Assembly: GCA_035513155.1 (NCBI GenBank)
Contig: DATKCO010000021.1
Span: 3,559 to 67,558 of the forward strand
Direction of reading: 5' to 3'
Length of the DNA: 64,000 nt
DNA from: Gemmatimonadota bacterium
Lineage (GTDB): Bacteria > Gemmatimonadota > Gemmatimonadetes > JACCXV01 > JAHWKZ01
Shown piece after piece: positions 39,429 to 48,588 of the stretch. The position numbers and the translations under genes were made by a program. Positions within the stretch are counted from its first letter, which is position 1. Every line of letters starts with the position of its first letter. Under the pieces are notes generated by a model that was not told the origin of the DNA, did not search any database, and worked only from the letters and a program-made list of their open reading frames with translations.

Positions 39429-39495
39429 CGAACCGCTCCCGCTGCGCTGCTCCGGAGACGGTGGCCATCCGGGGGGACTCTCTCGACTGCCGCGG

Positions 39496-39525
39496 AAGAA
39501 AAAAAGTGGGGCCTGCGCCCCACTT
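39496..39525 (-). terminator. Rho-independent terminator on the mRNA strand: GUGGGGC-gcag-GCCCCAC followed by U8. It lies downstream of pgeF and upstream of the rimP operon.
   Basis: Read directly; the plus strand is gaagaaaaaaa-gtggggc-ctgc-gccccac. Confidence 0.8.
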
Positions 39526-39573
39526 CGAATCGAATATATCCGAAAACCCCGCGGCCGCAAACCCCTTCCGACC

Positions 39574-40401
39574 CTATTCGGCCTCCCCTCCGTACCCGGC
39601 GACCGCCAGCATCCGCCCGCCCCCTCCGCGCTCCCGCCGATAGGAGTGGAGGCGATCGTCGCACGAGGTGCAGAAAGGGGCAGAGGCGACCGCCGCGGCC
39701 GGGATGCCGGCGGCCTCGGCCTGGGCCGTCAGGGCCGCCCGCAGATCGACGCTCCAGCGCTCCCCGTCCCGCTGCCGCCAGGCGTCCGGCGTGTGGCCGG
39801 CCGCGGTGGCCGCGATCGCCTCCACCACTTCGCGGCCCACCGGATAGCAGCAGGGCCCGATGGCGGGCCCCCACCAGGCGCGGATCCCGCGCCCCTCGAC
39901 GCCCAGGTCGCGCTCCAGCACCTCGAGGGCGCGCGGGACGATCCCGGCCGCGACGCCACGCCAGCCGGCATGGAGGAGCGCGACCGCCCCGTGGTCCGGC
40001 GCCACCAGGAAGGCCGGAACGCAGTCGGCGATCCCCACCGAGAGCAGCACCCCTCGTCGGGAGGTCAGGAATCCGTCGTAGCTCGCGACCCGGACGGTGG
40101 CGGGCGCCACGCGGCCGCCGGGCTCGGGGACCCGGGTCGCGTCCGCGCTGAAGAGCCGCGCCCCGTGGACCTGCGAGCCGCCCACGACCAGACGGAAGCC
40201 GCGTTCCCCCGCCCACGCCCGCAGCGCGCGGTGAGCGGCCGACACCTCGTGCGCCGGCGTGGCGGTGTGCCGGCCGAAGTCGAGCGGCCGTACCGTCACC
40301 GCGGCGGTCAGCCCTGGCGCGACGTCGGCCTCCAGCCGCGGCAGGTCACCATCCACGAACCGCTCCCGGACCTTCGAAGCCGTGGCCGCGCCGGCGCTCA
40401 C
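39574..40401 (-). CDS. pgeF: Peptidoglycan editing factor PgeF (YfiH / DUF152 polyphenol-oxidase-like)
   Basis: The GTG start forms a GTGA overlap with the MscS stop. Motifs HGA.L and LSVGIADCVPAFLV, and the conserved H/C/H triad region (LHAGWRG, CTSCD). Confidence 0.8.
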   Translation of the reverse strand: MSAGAATASKVRERFVDGDLPRLEADVAPGLTAAVTVRPLDFGRHTATPAHEVSAAHRALRAWAGERGFRLVVGGSQVHGARLFSADATRVPEPGGRVAPATVRVASYDGFLTSRRGVLLSVGIADCVPAFLVAPDHGAVALLHAGWRGVAAGIVPRALEVLERDLGVEGRGIRAWWGPAIGPCCYPVGREVVEAIAATAAGHTPDAWRQRDGERWSVDLRAALTAQAEAAGIPAAAVASAPFCTSCDDRLHSYRRERGGGGRMLAVAGYGGEAE

Positions 40402-41384
40402 CTCTCTTCCCCTGCCCCCGGCTCCCCCGAAGTCGTCGGAGGAACCGCGGGCTCCGGCATCCGCTCCACGAACAACGACAGGTGCGGGTACGGGATGCTG
40501 ATCCCGGCGTCGTCCAGCGCCAGCTTGATCTTCTCCCGGTACTCGAACTCGAGCGGCACCTCCTGGTGCGGGTTCTTCAGCCAGAAGCGGAGGGCCATGA
40601 CGACGGTCGAGTCCGCCAGCTCGGTCACCACCACCTCCGGAGGCGGCCGCTCCCGCACCCGGTCGTCGTCCTTCATGAGGCCGAGGACCACCTCGCGCGC
40701 CTGTCGCAGATCTTCCTTGTAGGCGATCCCGAACTCGACCACCAGTCGCAGCGAGGCCTGCATGGTGTGATTGATGATCTTGTTGTTCACGATGTTCTGG
40801 TTGGGGATGATGACGACCTGGTTGTCGTTCGTATGGATGCGGGTCGACCGCAGCGTGATCTTCTTCACCTGCCCGAACTCGCTGTCCACCTCCACCCGGT
40901 CCCCGACGCGGAACGGCCGGTCCCACAGGATCGTGACCCCGGCGATGAAGTTCGCCAGCGTGTCCTTGGCCGCGAATCCCAGCGCCAGCCCGGCCACGCC
41001 GAGCCCGGCCAGCAGGCTCGTCACGTTGAACCCGAGCTGGTCGAGGGCGATGATCGCGCCGAACCCGAGGATCGTGTACTTGGCCCCCGCCTCGATCAGG
41101 TGCCGGGCGTCCTCCTCTAGGCGCGAGCGCTCGAACACCGGCCTCAAGGCCGCCATGACCGCGAGGTACACGCCGAAGAACACGGCCAGCACCGCCGCCG
41201 CGATCACCAGCTGCAGCGCGAACAGCGCCAGGTCCGCGCGGAACTCCCCGGCGAGCTGCCAGACGTCCTCGAGGGACCGGACCTCGGTCGCCCGCTCGAC
41301 CGCCTCCCCGAGCTGGCCCAGGGCGGCCGTCGTGTCGGCGGGCGCGGGCTGGCTCCCGTCGCCCGACAGGCCCGGGATCTGCAT
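40398..41384 (-). CDS. Mechanosensitive ion channel of the MscS family
   Basis: The start MQIPGLSG forms an ATGA overlap with the glycosyltransferase stop. It has three TM helices and the MscS beta domain (FRVGDRVEV..GQVKKITLRSTRIHT). Confidence 0.85.
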   Translation of the reverse strand: MQIPGLSGDGSQPAPADTTAALGQLGEAVERATEVRSLEDVWQLAGEFRADLALFALQLVIAAAVLAVFFGVYLAVMAALRPVFERSRLEEDARHLIEAGAKYTILGFGAIIALDQLGFNVTSLLAGLGVAGLALGFAAKDTLANFIAGVTILWDRPFRVGDRVEVDSEFGQVKKITLRSTRIHTNDNQVVIIPNQNIVNNKIINHTMQASLRLVVEFGIAYKEDLRQAREVVLGLMKDDDRVRERPPPEVVVTELADSTVVMALRFWLKNPHQEVPLEFEYREKIKLALDDAGISIPYPHLSLFVERMPEPAVPPTTSGEPGAGEER

Positions 41385-42118
41385 CAGTCCGCCACCCGGT
41401 AGCGCACGATGTGCCACAGCGCCGCCACCCCGTCGCGCCAGGTGATCTTCTTTCCCTCGGAGTAGTCACGACCGTGATACGCGATCGGCGTCTCGTAGAC
41501 GCGGAACCTGCGGCGCGCGACCTTGGCCGTGAACTCGGGCTCGAAGCCGAAGCGGTCCGAGCGCAGGGTCCCGATCGACTCCAGCACCTCGCGGCGGAAG
41601 ACCTTGTAGCAGGTCTCCATGTCGGTCAGGTTGAGGTTCGTCAGCATGTTCGACAGCAGGGTCAGCGCCCGGTTCCCGACGTAGTGCCAGAACAGGAGCA
41701 CGCGCTGCGGCCCGCCCAGGAAGCGGGACCCGTACACGACGTCGGCGACTCCGTCCAGGATCGGCCTGAGGAGGTCGTCGTAGTCTCGCGGGTCGTACTC
41801 GAGATCCGCGTCCTGGACGAGCAGGATCTCGCCCCGCGCCTCGGCGAAGCCGCGGCGGAGCGCGGCCCCCTTACCCCGGTTCTCCGGCTGGAACAGGACC
41901 CGCAGGTCCACCGGCTCCCCCTGTGAATCGACGACGGCCTCCGACCCGCGGTCGAGAGACTCGAGGTACTCGCGCGATCCGTCCGTCGAAGCGTCGTCCA
42001 CGATCACGATCTCCTTGTCGTGGGCCGTGGCGGCGACCCGCCTCAAAACCTCGCGGATCGTTTCGGCCTCGTTGTAGACCGGGATCACCACCGACAGGAG
42101 TGGCCGATCGGCGCTCAT
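41384..42118 (-). CDS. Family 2 glycosyltransferase of the polyprenyl-phosphate sugar transferase type
   Basis: Motifs: LSVVIPVYNE, IVIVDDASTDGS, LVQDADLEYDP. Confidence 0.88.
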   Translation of the reverse strand: MSADRPLLSVVIPVYNEAETIREVLRRVAATAHDKEIVIVDDASTDGSREYLESLDRGSEAVVDSQGEPVDLRVLFQPENRGKGAALRRGFAEARGEILLVQDADLEYDPRDYDDLLRPILDGVADVVYGSRFLGGPQRVLLFWHYVGNRALTLLSNMLTNLNLTDMETCYKVFRREVLESIGTLRSDRFGFEPEFTAKVARRRFRVYETPIAYHGRDYSEGKKITWRDGVAALWHIVRYRVAD

Positions 42119-42137
42119 CCGGGGATCCGGGCCGGGC

Positions 42138-43400
42138 TCAATCGAGCTCGCTCATCCCCGGCTGGGCCACCCTCGGCTCCCCCGCGTCGGATCGGGCGGT
42201 CCGCACTCGCTCGAAGATCGGCTTGAGGAGCGGTGGCGTGATGAGGGTGGTCCCCATGACCATGATCAGGATCGCCGAGAAGACGTCGCGGGTCAGTATC
42301 CCGCCCAGGAGCCCGAGCTGGGCGAAGATGAGCCCCACCTCACCGCGCGGCACCATCCCGGCGCCGATCGCGAGATGGTTGAACTTGCGCCAGAAGATCG
42401 CGTACCCCGAGGCGACCTTGCCGATGACCGCGATGACGAACAGACCGGTCCCGATGATCAGGATCTCGTGATTCGCCGGGACCCGGGGATCGAGGATCGT
42501 GATGTCCACGGCCGCCCCGATCGAGACGAAGAAGATGGGCGTGAAGACGTCTGCCACCGGCTTGATCTGCTCGACGATCGTGTCGAACTGGTTGGTCCGG
42601 GAGAGGATCAGGCCGGCCGCGAAGGCCCCAACGATCGGGGCCAGCCCGACCAGGTCGGCGAGATAGGCGAGCAGCAGGGCGAAGACCAGGGCGAACGTCA
42701 CCAGGACGCCGCGGACCCGCATCCGGTTCACGAACTCGAACAGCCAGCGCGCGGTGGTCAGCCCGATCGCCATCGCGGCCGCCAGGAAGCCGACCGCCAG
42801 CCCGAGCAGCTGGGCCACGCCGAGGATCGACACCTGGCCGGTGTCCGCCAGCCCCTCGACAACGGCGAGGATCAGGAGCCCCAGGATGTCGTCGATCACC
42901 GCGGCACCGATGATGATCCGCGCTTCGGACGTGTTGATCTTCCCGATGTCCGTCAGCACGCGCGCCGTGATCCCGACCGAGGTGGCGGTGAGCGTGGCGC
43001 CGACGAAGATCGCGACCAGGCTGGCGCCCCCCTCGTAGAGGTGCCAGAAGAGGTACCCGAAGGTGAACGGGAGCACGACGCCGACCAGCGCCACCGTGAG
43101 CGCCGACGATCCCACGCGGAACATCTCGCGCAGGTCCGTCTCCAGCCCGATTTCGAACAGGAGGATCGCCACGCCGACCTCGGCCATGACGTGGATGATG
43201 GAGCCATAGGGGTCGGCCGTATCCACCGGCACGATCCCCAGCACCGAGGCCCCGACCACCACCCCCGCCACCAGCTCGCCCAGCACTGCGGGCTGTCCCA
43301 TCCGCTCGAACAGCTCGCCCGCCAGCTTGGCGGCCAGCAGGATCGCGATGATGATGTAGAAGAAGTGGCCTACTTCGACGAGATGCGCGGATCCTTCCAT
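42138..43400 (-). CDS. Cation:proton antiporter of the CPA1/CPA2 family
   Basis: About 12 TM helices, with the hallmark ILLFEIGLE and GAAVIDDI segments. Confidence 0.85.
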   Translation of the reverse strand: MEGSAHLVEVGHFFYIIIAILLAAKLAGELFERMGQPAVLGELVAGVVVGASVLGIVPVDTADPYGSIIHVMAEVGVAILLFEIGLETDLREMFRVGSSALTVALVGVVLPFTFGYLFWHLYEGGASLVAIFVGATLTATSVGITARVLTDIGKINTSEARIIIGAAVIDDILGLLILAVVEGLADTGQVSILGVAQLLGLAVGFLAAAMAIGLTTARWLFEFVNRMRVRGVLVTFALVFALLLAYLADLVGLAPIVGAFAAGLILSRTNQFDTIVEQIKPVADVFTPIFFVSIGAAVDITILDPRVPANHEILIIGTGLFVIAVIGKVASGYAIFWRKFNHLAIGAGMVPRGEVGLIFAQLGLLGGILTRDVFSAILIMVMGTTLITPPLLKPIFERVRTARSDAGEPRVAQPGMSELD

Positions 43401-43427
43401 GGCCTTCCCGGTTCGAGTGTCGGGCCG

Positions 43428-43940
43428 TCAATCCAGGAACAGGTACGGTCTCCAGCGCTTGTCGGGGATCGCCGAGTAGAAGGTGATCTGGGTATACCGA
43501 TGAGGCCGCCGCGGAGGTCTCAGCAGCGGCATGCCCGCCTGGTCGGGAGTCCGGCTTCCCTTCCGGTTGTTGCAGCGGATGCAGGCGCACACGAGGTTGG
43601 TCCAGCTGTCTCCGCCACTCAGCGAGCGAGGTACGACGTGGTCGGTGGTCATGGGCCCCCGGCGCGTGGCGCAGTACTGACAGCGGTAGCCGTCCCGCTT
43701 GAGGACGTTCCTGCGCGTGAGGGCCACGGGCTGCCGCGGAGCGCGGATGTAGACGCTGAGCCGGACCACGGAGGGCAGCGGAACCGCGCACGAGACCGAC
43801 CGCACCACCCCGTCGTAGCGCTCTACGATCTCGGCCTTCCCCAGGACCACGAGCACCACCGCCCTCTGCGCGTGACACACGGTCAGCGGCTCGTAGTTCT
43901 GGTTGAGGACCAGGACCTTCTTCTCCAGCAACGGGCTCAC
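43428..43940 (-). CDS. HNH endonuclease
   Basis: The GTG start (VSPLLEKKVLVLNQNYEP) overlaps the upstream gene stop. The HNH motif CQYCA...DHVVPRS..G..W.NLVCAC..CNNRKG is present. Confidence 0.8.
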   Translation of the reverse strand: MSPLLEKKVLVLNQNYEPLTVCHAQRAVVLVVLGKAEIVERYDGVVRSVSCAVPLPSVVRLSVYIRAPRQPVALTRRNVLKRDGYRCQYCATRRGPMTTDHVVPRSLSGGDSWTNLVCACIRCNNRKGSRTPDQAGMPLLRPPRRPHRYTQITFYSAIPDKRWRPYLFLD

Positions 43941-44296
43941 GGTTCGCGCTTCTCCTGCCTGGCTTGGATCTCGTAGTGGTAGTGGAGGGTGTCCACCCAG
44001 TCGCCGAACCTCCACGCCTCCAGCCTGACGAGCTCCTCCCACGAAGCGGTGATGGTGACGAGGCCCTGACGATCGCGGTAGACCTGGAGCCGGGGCGATG
44101 TCAGAGGGACGTGAAGCTCGTCGGCGCTCTCGAGCAGCGCCTGCCGGATCTCCGACACGCTCGCGGACTGGGACAGCCGGGCCGTCTGGGACATGGAGTC
44201 CTCGAATCGCCAGGCCCGAATCTGCGGGGCGGCGTATCGGCTGGCAATGTAGATACCCCCTCCGAGCACCGCCAACCAGAGCAGCGTGCGGATCAC
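43937..44296 (-). CDS. Small membrane-anchored hypothetical protein
   Basis: The start is inferred at GTG (VIRTLLWLAVLGGGIYIASRY) to avoid a 68-nt overlap with the LptE-like gene. It has a single TM helix and GC3-rich codons. The family is uncertain. Confidence 0.5.
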   Translation of the reverse strand: MIRTLLWLAVLGGGIYIASRYAAPQIRAWRFEDSMSQTARLSQSASVSEIRQALLESADELHVPLTSPRLQVYRDRQGLVTITASWEELVRLEAWRFGDWVDTLHYHYEIQARQEKREP

Positions 44297-44315
44297 CGGA
44301 GGCCCCCCGGGGAGA

Positions 44316-44849
44316 TCAGAACTCCTCCACCACGTGCCGCAGGATCTCCTCGGAGATCTTGTCCAGCGCGCGCGTGATGCCATCCTCGCGGGTCTCGCCC
44401 TGCTCCTCGCTGAACTCCCCCCACTGGCGCAGCGACGCGTTCTCCCACAGCGTCTCCTCCCGCACCTGATCCTCGAGCCTCACGTCCACGGTCACGAGCA
44501 CGCGCCGGCTGAAGACGTCGGGGTTCGCGGCCTGCCCGGGGTCGTAGGAGAGCGCTTCCTCCTCGTACAGCTTGACCGCGCCCAGGACCAGCAGGTCGGC
44601 GTCCGCTTCGTTCCCCACCAGGCGCAGGCGGGACTCGTTGAGGAACTCCCCGATCACGCGCTCGGTGATCTGCTGGGTGAGCTGGAACTCCCGGGTCTCG
44701 TTCTCGAAGGTGGGGACGTACACGGTGTTGAGGTGCGCCGGGACCGGGGAACGGAACGAGTATCCGCACGCGAGGGTTCCGGCGAGCGCCAGCGCGGCCA
44801 GGACCCGCGCCCCCGTGGGTGCTCTACGGCAGCGGAAGAAGCGCCGCAT
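44316..44849 (-). CDS. LptE-like outer-membrane lipoprotein, tentative
   Basis: Signal peptide with a lipobox (LALAGTLAC). YVPTFENETREFQLTQQI resembles the LptE family, but the assignment is weak. Confidence 0.5.
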   Translation of the reverse strand: MRRFFRCRRAPTGARVLAALALAGTLACGYSFRSPVPAHLNTVYVPTFENETREFQLTQQITERVIGEFLNESRLRLVGNEADADLLVLGAVKLYEEEALSYDPGQAANPDVFSRRVLVTVDVRLEDQVREETLWENASLRQWGEFSEEQGETREDGITRALDKISEEILRHVVEEF

Positions 44850-45591
44850 CCGTGACCTCCTCGTGCTCCCGGGTGACGTTCAGGACGAGCCAGCGGTCCC
44901 GGGAGAAGTCGCGGACCACCACGCGTCGCGGGCTCAGCCTCCCGCCCACCGGCTCGAAATCCTCGAACTGGGCGCGCATCGTGAGCCTTCCCTCGCGGGC
45001 CTGCCGATACTCGACGAGACGGCCGTCCCGAAGGGTGAGCGCGTGCAGCGCCCCGTCTTCCCAAAGATAGAGCGTGCGGCGCTCGTCGTCGGTCCCCGCA
45101 GCCACCCGGTCGGCGCGCTCGACCCACCGCCTCACATCGTAGGCGCCGAGCAGGGCGCCCAGGACCTCGGGGGTGACGAGTGCCTTCTCGCCGGTCAGCT
45201 CCGCGAAGCGGGGGTCGCCGAGACGACCGCGCAACCGCTCGCCCTCCTGGGGCAACTCGACCGACAGCGTGTCTCCGAAGAGCGCGAATCGGAGGACCGG
45301 CGTGGACTGGGGACCGAACACGTCGCCCCGGGCCGCCAGCGGGTCCGCGCGGTAGGAGAGGGCCCCTTCCCCGCGGAAGCGGCGCCCTCCCTCGACGAGC
45401 GAGACATCGAAGATGCGCTTCGTCCGCTCGATGGAGTCGTACAGGCGGGCCAGCTCCGTCACGAGCGGAGCGGGATCGCCACCGGCATCGGCCGCCCGGC
45501 GCGCCTCGGTCGTCAGCGACGCGACACAGGCCCAGGCCGCCGAGGCGGCCAGGGCCGCGATCGTGGTCCGCGCCGCGCGGGTGCCGGTCAC
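44824..45591 (-). CDS. LolA-like / DUF4292 outer-membrane lipoprotein-sorting family protein
   Basis: The start is inferred at GTG, with a lipoprotein signal (IAALAASAAWAC) and a beta-rich body. The Arg/Gly-rich N-terminal extension of the track ORF is artefact. Confidence 0.55.
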   Translation of the reverse strand: MTGTRAARTTIAALAASAAWACVASLTTEARRAADAGGDPAPLVTELARLYDSIERTKRIFDVSLVEGGRRFRGEGALSYRADPLAARGDVFGPQSTPVLRFALFGDTLSVELPQEGERLRGRLGDPRFAELTGEKALVTPEVLGALLGAYDVRRWVERADRVAAGTDDERRTLYLWEDGALHALTLRDGRLVEYRQAREGRLTMRAQFEDFEPVGGRLSPRRVVVRDFSRDRWLVLNVTREHEEVTDAALLPLP

Positions 45592-46487
45592 GGCTCGAGC
45601 CGCGCCCGGACCTGTTCGATCTTCCGCTCCAGGGCCGGCGGGGCGTCCCCGGCGAGCGCCGCCGCGCGCGTGTACCACACGAGCGCCTCCTTGTCGCGGC
45701 CGCCGCCCCGCAGCGCGTCGCCGAGGAGCTCGTGGAGGGGAGCGGACTGGGGCGCCAGCTGAAGACCGCCGCGGACCACCTCCTCGGCGTCCGCCCATCG
45801 CCGCTGTCCGGCGAGCGCCTCGCCGAGTCCCGCCCACGCCGGCACCGCGTACAGGTCGATCCGGAGCGCGACGCGGAACTGGACCTCCGCCTCTTCGAAG
45901 CGGCCGACGCCGAGGAGCGCCCGCCCCGCCTCGACCCGCAGGTCCGCGTCCTGGGGCCGCAACGAGGCCGCCGCGACGAGGTGGTCGGTCGCCGCGCGGT
46001 CGTCCCCGCGAGCGCGGTACATCGACACGACCAGCGCGCGCAGGCCGAGGTCGGCGGGTCTATGGCCGATCGCGCGCTCGTACTGGACCAGCGCCTCCGC
46101 GGTCCGGCCGGCTCGCGCCGCCGCGCTCCCGCGGATCCGATAGAAGCGGGCCGCCGAATCGGGTCGCCTGTCCGCCTCCGCGTCCACCCGGGCCTGGACC
46201 GGCGCGAGCAGGGCCTCGACGAGAGCCGGCTCCCGCAGGGTCATCAGCGCTTCCGCCCACTCGAGGCGCGGCAGCACCGCCCCGGGGTCCAGCCGCACGA
46301 CCCGCTCCAGGATCGTCGCCGCGAACCGCTCGTCGCCCTGCCGGCGGGCCTCGATCGCCAGGTGGAAGAGGGCCGCGCCGGTGACCTCGCCGCCGTCTGC
46401 CGCGGGCTGGGCGCGCGCCGGGGACGCGACCGGAGCGGACGCCAGGAAGAGGGCGAGCGCGGCGAGGATCGGCCAAGGACGGTACAC
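45588..46487 (-). CDS. Secreted tetratricopeptide-repeat protein
   Basis: The start is inferred at GTG, with a signal peptide VYRPWPILAALALFLASAPVASPARAQ and several TPR units (AEALVQYERAIGHRP, ALLGVGRFEEAEVQFRVALRID). Confidence 0.7.
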   Translation of the reverse strand: MYRPWPILAALALFLASAPVASPARAQPAADGGEVTGAALFHLAIEARRQGDERFAATILERVVRLDPGAVLPRLEWAEALMTLREPALVEALLAPVQARVDAEADRRPDSAARFYRIRGSAAARAGRTAEALVQYERAIGHRPADLGLRALVVSMYRARGDDRAATDHLVAAASLRPQDADLRVEAGRALLGVGRFEEAEVQFRVALRIDLYAVPAWAGLGEALAGQRRWADAEEVVRGGLQLAPQSAPLHELLGDALRGGGRDKEALVWYTRAAALAGDAPPALERKIEQVRARLEP

Positions 46488-46562
46488 GAGGCCAAGATAG
46501 GGCGGGCTGGACGGTGGGCCAACCGTGGCGGGGCCCGCCCCCTGCCGGCATCTTCTGCCGTC

Positions 46563-46967
46563 ATGACGCTCCCGCGCCCCGCGACGATCCTGCTCCTGGC
46601 CATCCTCGCCGCGCTCCTCGCCTGCAGCGAGGAGCTCGCGCCGCCGAGGCCCGACCGTCCGGCCATCGAGCCCGCGGTCTTCACCCGCGCGCTCTCCGAC
46701 CTCGTCGTGGCCCGCATCGAGCTGCTCCCCGACACGGCCGCGTACGAGCGTCGTGCGGCGGAGATCCTCGGGCGGCACCAGGTCTCCTCCGAGGACCTGC
46801 GAGCCTTCGTGCGGGCGCACGGGCAGGACGACAACCTGATGACCGGGATCTACGCCCGCGTCTCGGCCCGTCTCGATTCGCTGTATCCGGTCACCCGTCC
46901 CGGGGCGACGAACGTGGAGGTGGGGCTCGACTCTCTGATGGGAGCCACCGGCGGGACCGGGCCCTGA
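46563..46967 (+). CDS. Lipoprotein of 134 aa (DUF4296-like), the only plus-strand gene in the window
   Basis: The ATG at 46563 was confirmed. It has a lipobox signal MTLPRPATILLLAILAALLAC, is convergent with guaA, and is divergent from the TPR gene. Confidence 0.65.
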   Translation: MTLPRPATILLLAILAALLACSEELAPPRPDRPAIEPAVFTRALSDLVVARIELLPDTAAYERRAAEILGRHQVSSEDLRAFVRAHGQDDNLMTGIYARVSARLDSLYPVTRPGATNVEVGLDSLMGATGGTGP

Positions 46968-46983
46968 GGGCCGTCCGCCCGCC

Positions 46984-48588
46984 TCATTCCCACTCGATCG
47001 TGGCCGGTGGCTTGCTCGAGACGTCGTAGGTCACGCGGTTCACCCCGCGAACCTGGTTGATGATCCGGTTCGACACGCGACCGAGGAACTCGTAGGGGAA
47101 GGGGAACCAGTCGGCGGTCATCCCGTCGCGCGACGTCACCGCCCGCAGGGCGACGACGTTCTCGTAGGTCCGCGCGTCGCCCATGACCCCCACCGCGCGG
47201 ACGGGCAGCAGGACCGCGAACGCCTGCCAGATCTGGTCGTAGAGGTCCGCCGCCCGGATCTCCTGCAGATAGATCGCGTCCACCTCGCGGAGCAGCTCCA
47301 GCCGCTCGCGCGTCACCTCGCCCAGGACGCGGATCGCGAGCCCGGGTCCGGGAAACGGATGGCGGTCGAGGATCTCCTCGGGCAGCCCGAGCTCCCGCCC
47401 GACCTGCCGCACCTCGTCCTTGAACAGCTCCCGCAGCGGCTCGACGACCTCGAGCCGCATCTCCTCCGGCAGCCCGCCGACGTTGTGATGGGTCTTGATC
47501 GTCGCCGAGGGCCCGCGCACCGAGAGCGACTCGATGACGTCCGGATACAGGGTCCCCTGGACCAGGAAATCGACCGCGCCCAACCGGCCCGCGGCCGCCT
47601 CGAACACCTCGATGAACCGGTGGCCGATCCGCCGCCGCTTCTCTTCCGGGTCGACGACGCCCGCGAGGTCGGCGAGGAAGCTCGGACCGGCGTCGACGAC
47701 CTCGAGCGGGAAGTGCAGGTGCTCGCGGAAGGTGTGCTCCACCTGGACCCGCTCGCCTTTCCGCAGCACCCCGGTGTCGACGAAGATGCACGTCAGCCGA
47801 TCGCCGATCGCGCGATGGACGAGCGCCGCCGCGACCGCCGAGTCCACGCCACCCGAGAGTCCACACACGGCGTGACCGTCTCCGACGCGCTCCCGCACGG
47901 TCCGGACCGCGCGCTCGATGAACGACGCCATGGTCCAGGTGGGCGCGCAGCCGCATACGTCGAACACGAAGTTCGCGAGCATCTCCTCGCCGCGCTCGGT
48001 GTGAGCCACCTCCGGATGGAACTGGACGCCGAACCGGCGGGTCTCGGCGTTGCCGAAGGCGGCGATCGTGCCGTCGGTCGACACCGCGTACCGTTCATAG
48101 CCGTGGGGGATCGAGAGGATCGAGTCCCCGTGGCTCATCCAGACCGAGATCTCCTCGCCCGGGGGGAACCCCGCGAGCGGCCCGTGCGGGGCCTCGATCA
48201 CGAGCCCGGCGCGACCGTACTCCCGGGAATGCCCCTGAAGCACCTCCGCCCCCTCGCGCTCCGCCAGGAGCTGCATGCCGTAGCAGATGCCGAGGATCGG
48301 CTCGTCGACCTCGTACAGCGCGTCGGGCGGATGGGGGGCGCCCTCCTCGTGGACGCTCATCGGGCCCCCGCTCAGCACGATCCCCGCGGGGCGCCATTCC
48401 CGGATCAGCTCCGGATCCAGGTCGAACGGATGGATCTCGCAATACACCCGCATCTCGCGGATGCGGCGGGCGATGAGCTGCGTGAACTGGCTGCCGAAGT
48501 CGAGCACCAGGATCCAGCGGCCCGGCTCCCGTTGCGCGGCCACCGGCTCGGCGCGTGACGTCGCGGGCGCGGAAGCGTCAGAATTCAT
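46984..48588 (-). CDS. guaA: GMP synthase (glutamine-hydrolysing)
   Basis: GATase domain (GICYGMQLL, catalytic Cys) plus the ATP-PPase motif SGGVDSAV and the C-terminal dimerisation domain ending PATIEWE. Confidence 0.95.
   Translation of the reverse strand: MNSDASAPATSRAEPVAAQREPGRWILVLDFGSQFTQLIARRIREMRVYCEIHPFDLDPELIREWRPAGIVLSGGPMSVHEEGAPHPPDALYEVDEPILGICYGMQLLAEREGAEVLQGHSREYGRAGLVIEAPHGPLAGFPPGEEISVWMSHGDSILSIPHGYERYAVSTDGTIAAFGNAETRRFGVQFHPEVAHTERGEEMLANFVFDVCGCAPTWTMASFIERAVRTVRERVGDGHAVCGLSGGVDSAVAAALVHRAIGDRLTCIFVDTGVLRKGERVQVEHTFREHLHFPLEVVDAGPSFLADLAGVVDPEEKRRRIGHRFIEVFEAAAGRLGAVDFLVQGTLYPDVIESLSVRGPSATIKTHHNVGGLPEEMRLEVVEPLRELFKDEVRQVGRELGLPEEILDRHPFPGPGLAIRVLGEVTRERLELLREVDAIYLQEIRAADLYDQIWQAFAVLLPVRAVGVMGDARTYENVVALRAVTSRDGMTADWFPFPYEFLGRVSNRIINQVRGVNRVTYDVSSKPPATIEWE

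Noticed and set aside
39521-39540. A TTCGAATC-like motif in the pgeF-rimP spacer, which might suggest a tRNA T-loop.
   Set aside because: Only about 48 nt lie between the terminator hairpin and the pgeF stop. There is no acceptor stem, D-arm or anticodon-arm complementarity, so this is not a tRNA.
43937-44383. The full-length track ORF for the small membrane protein, starting at Met 44383.
   Set aside because: That start would overlap the LptE-like gene by 68 nt, and the first 29 residues are Arg/Trp-rich. A GTG start at 44296 immediately before the TM helix is more plausible, though unproven.
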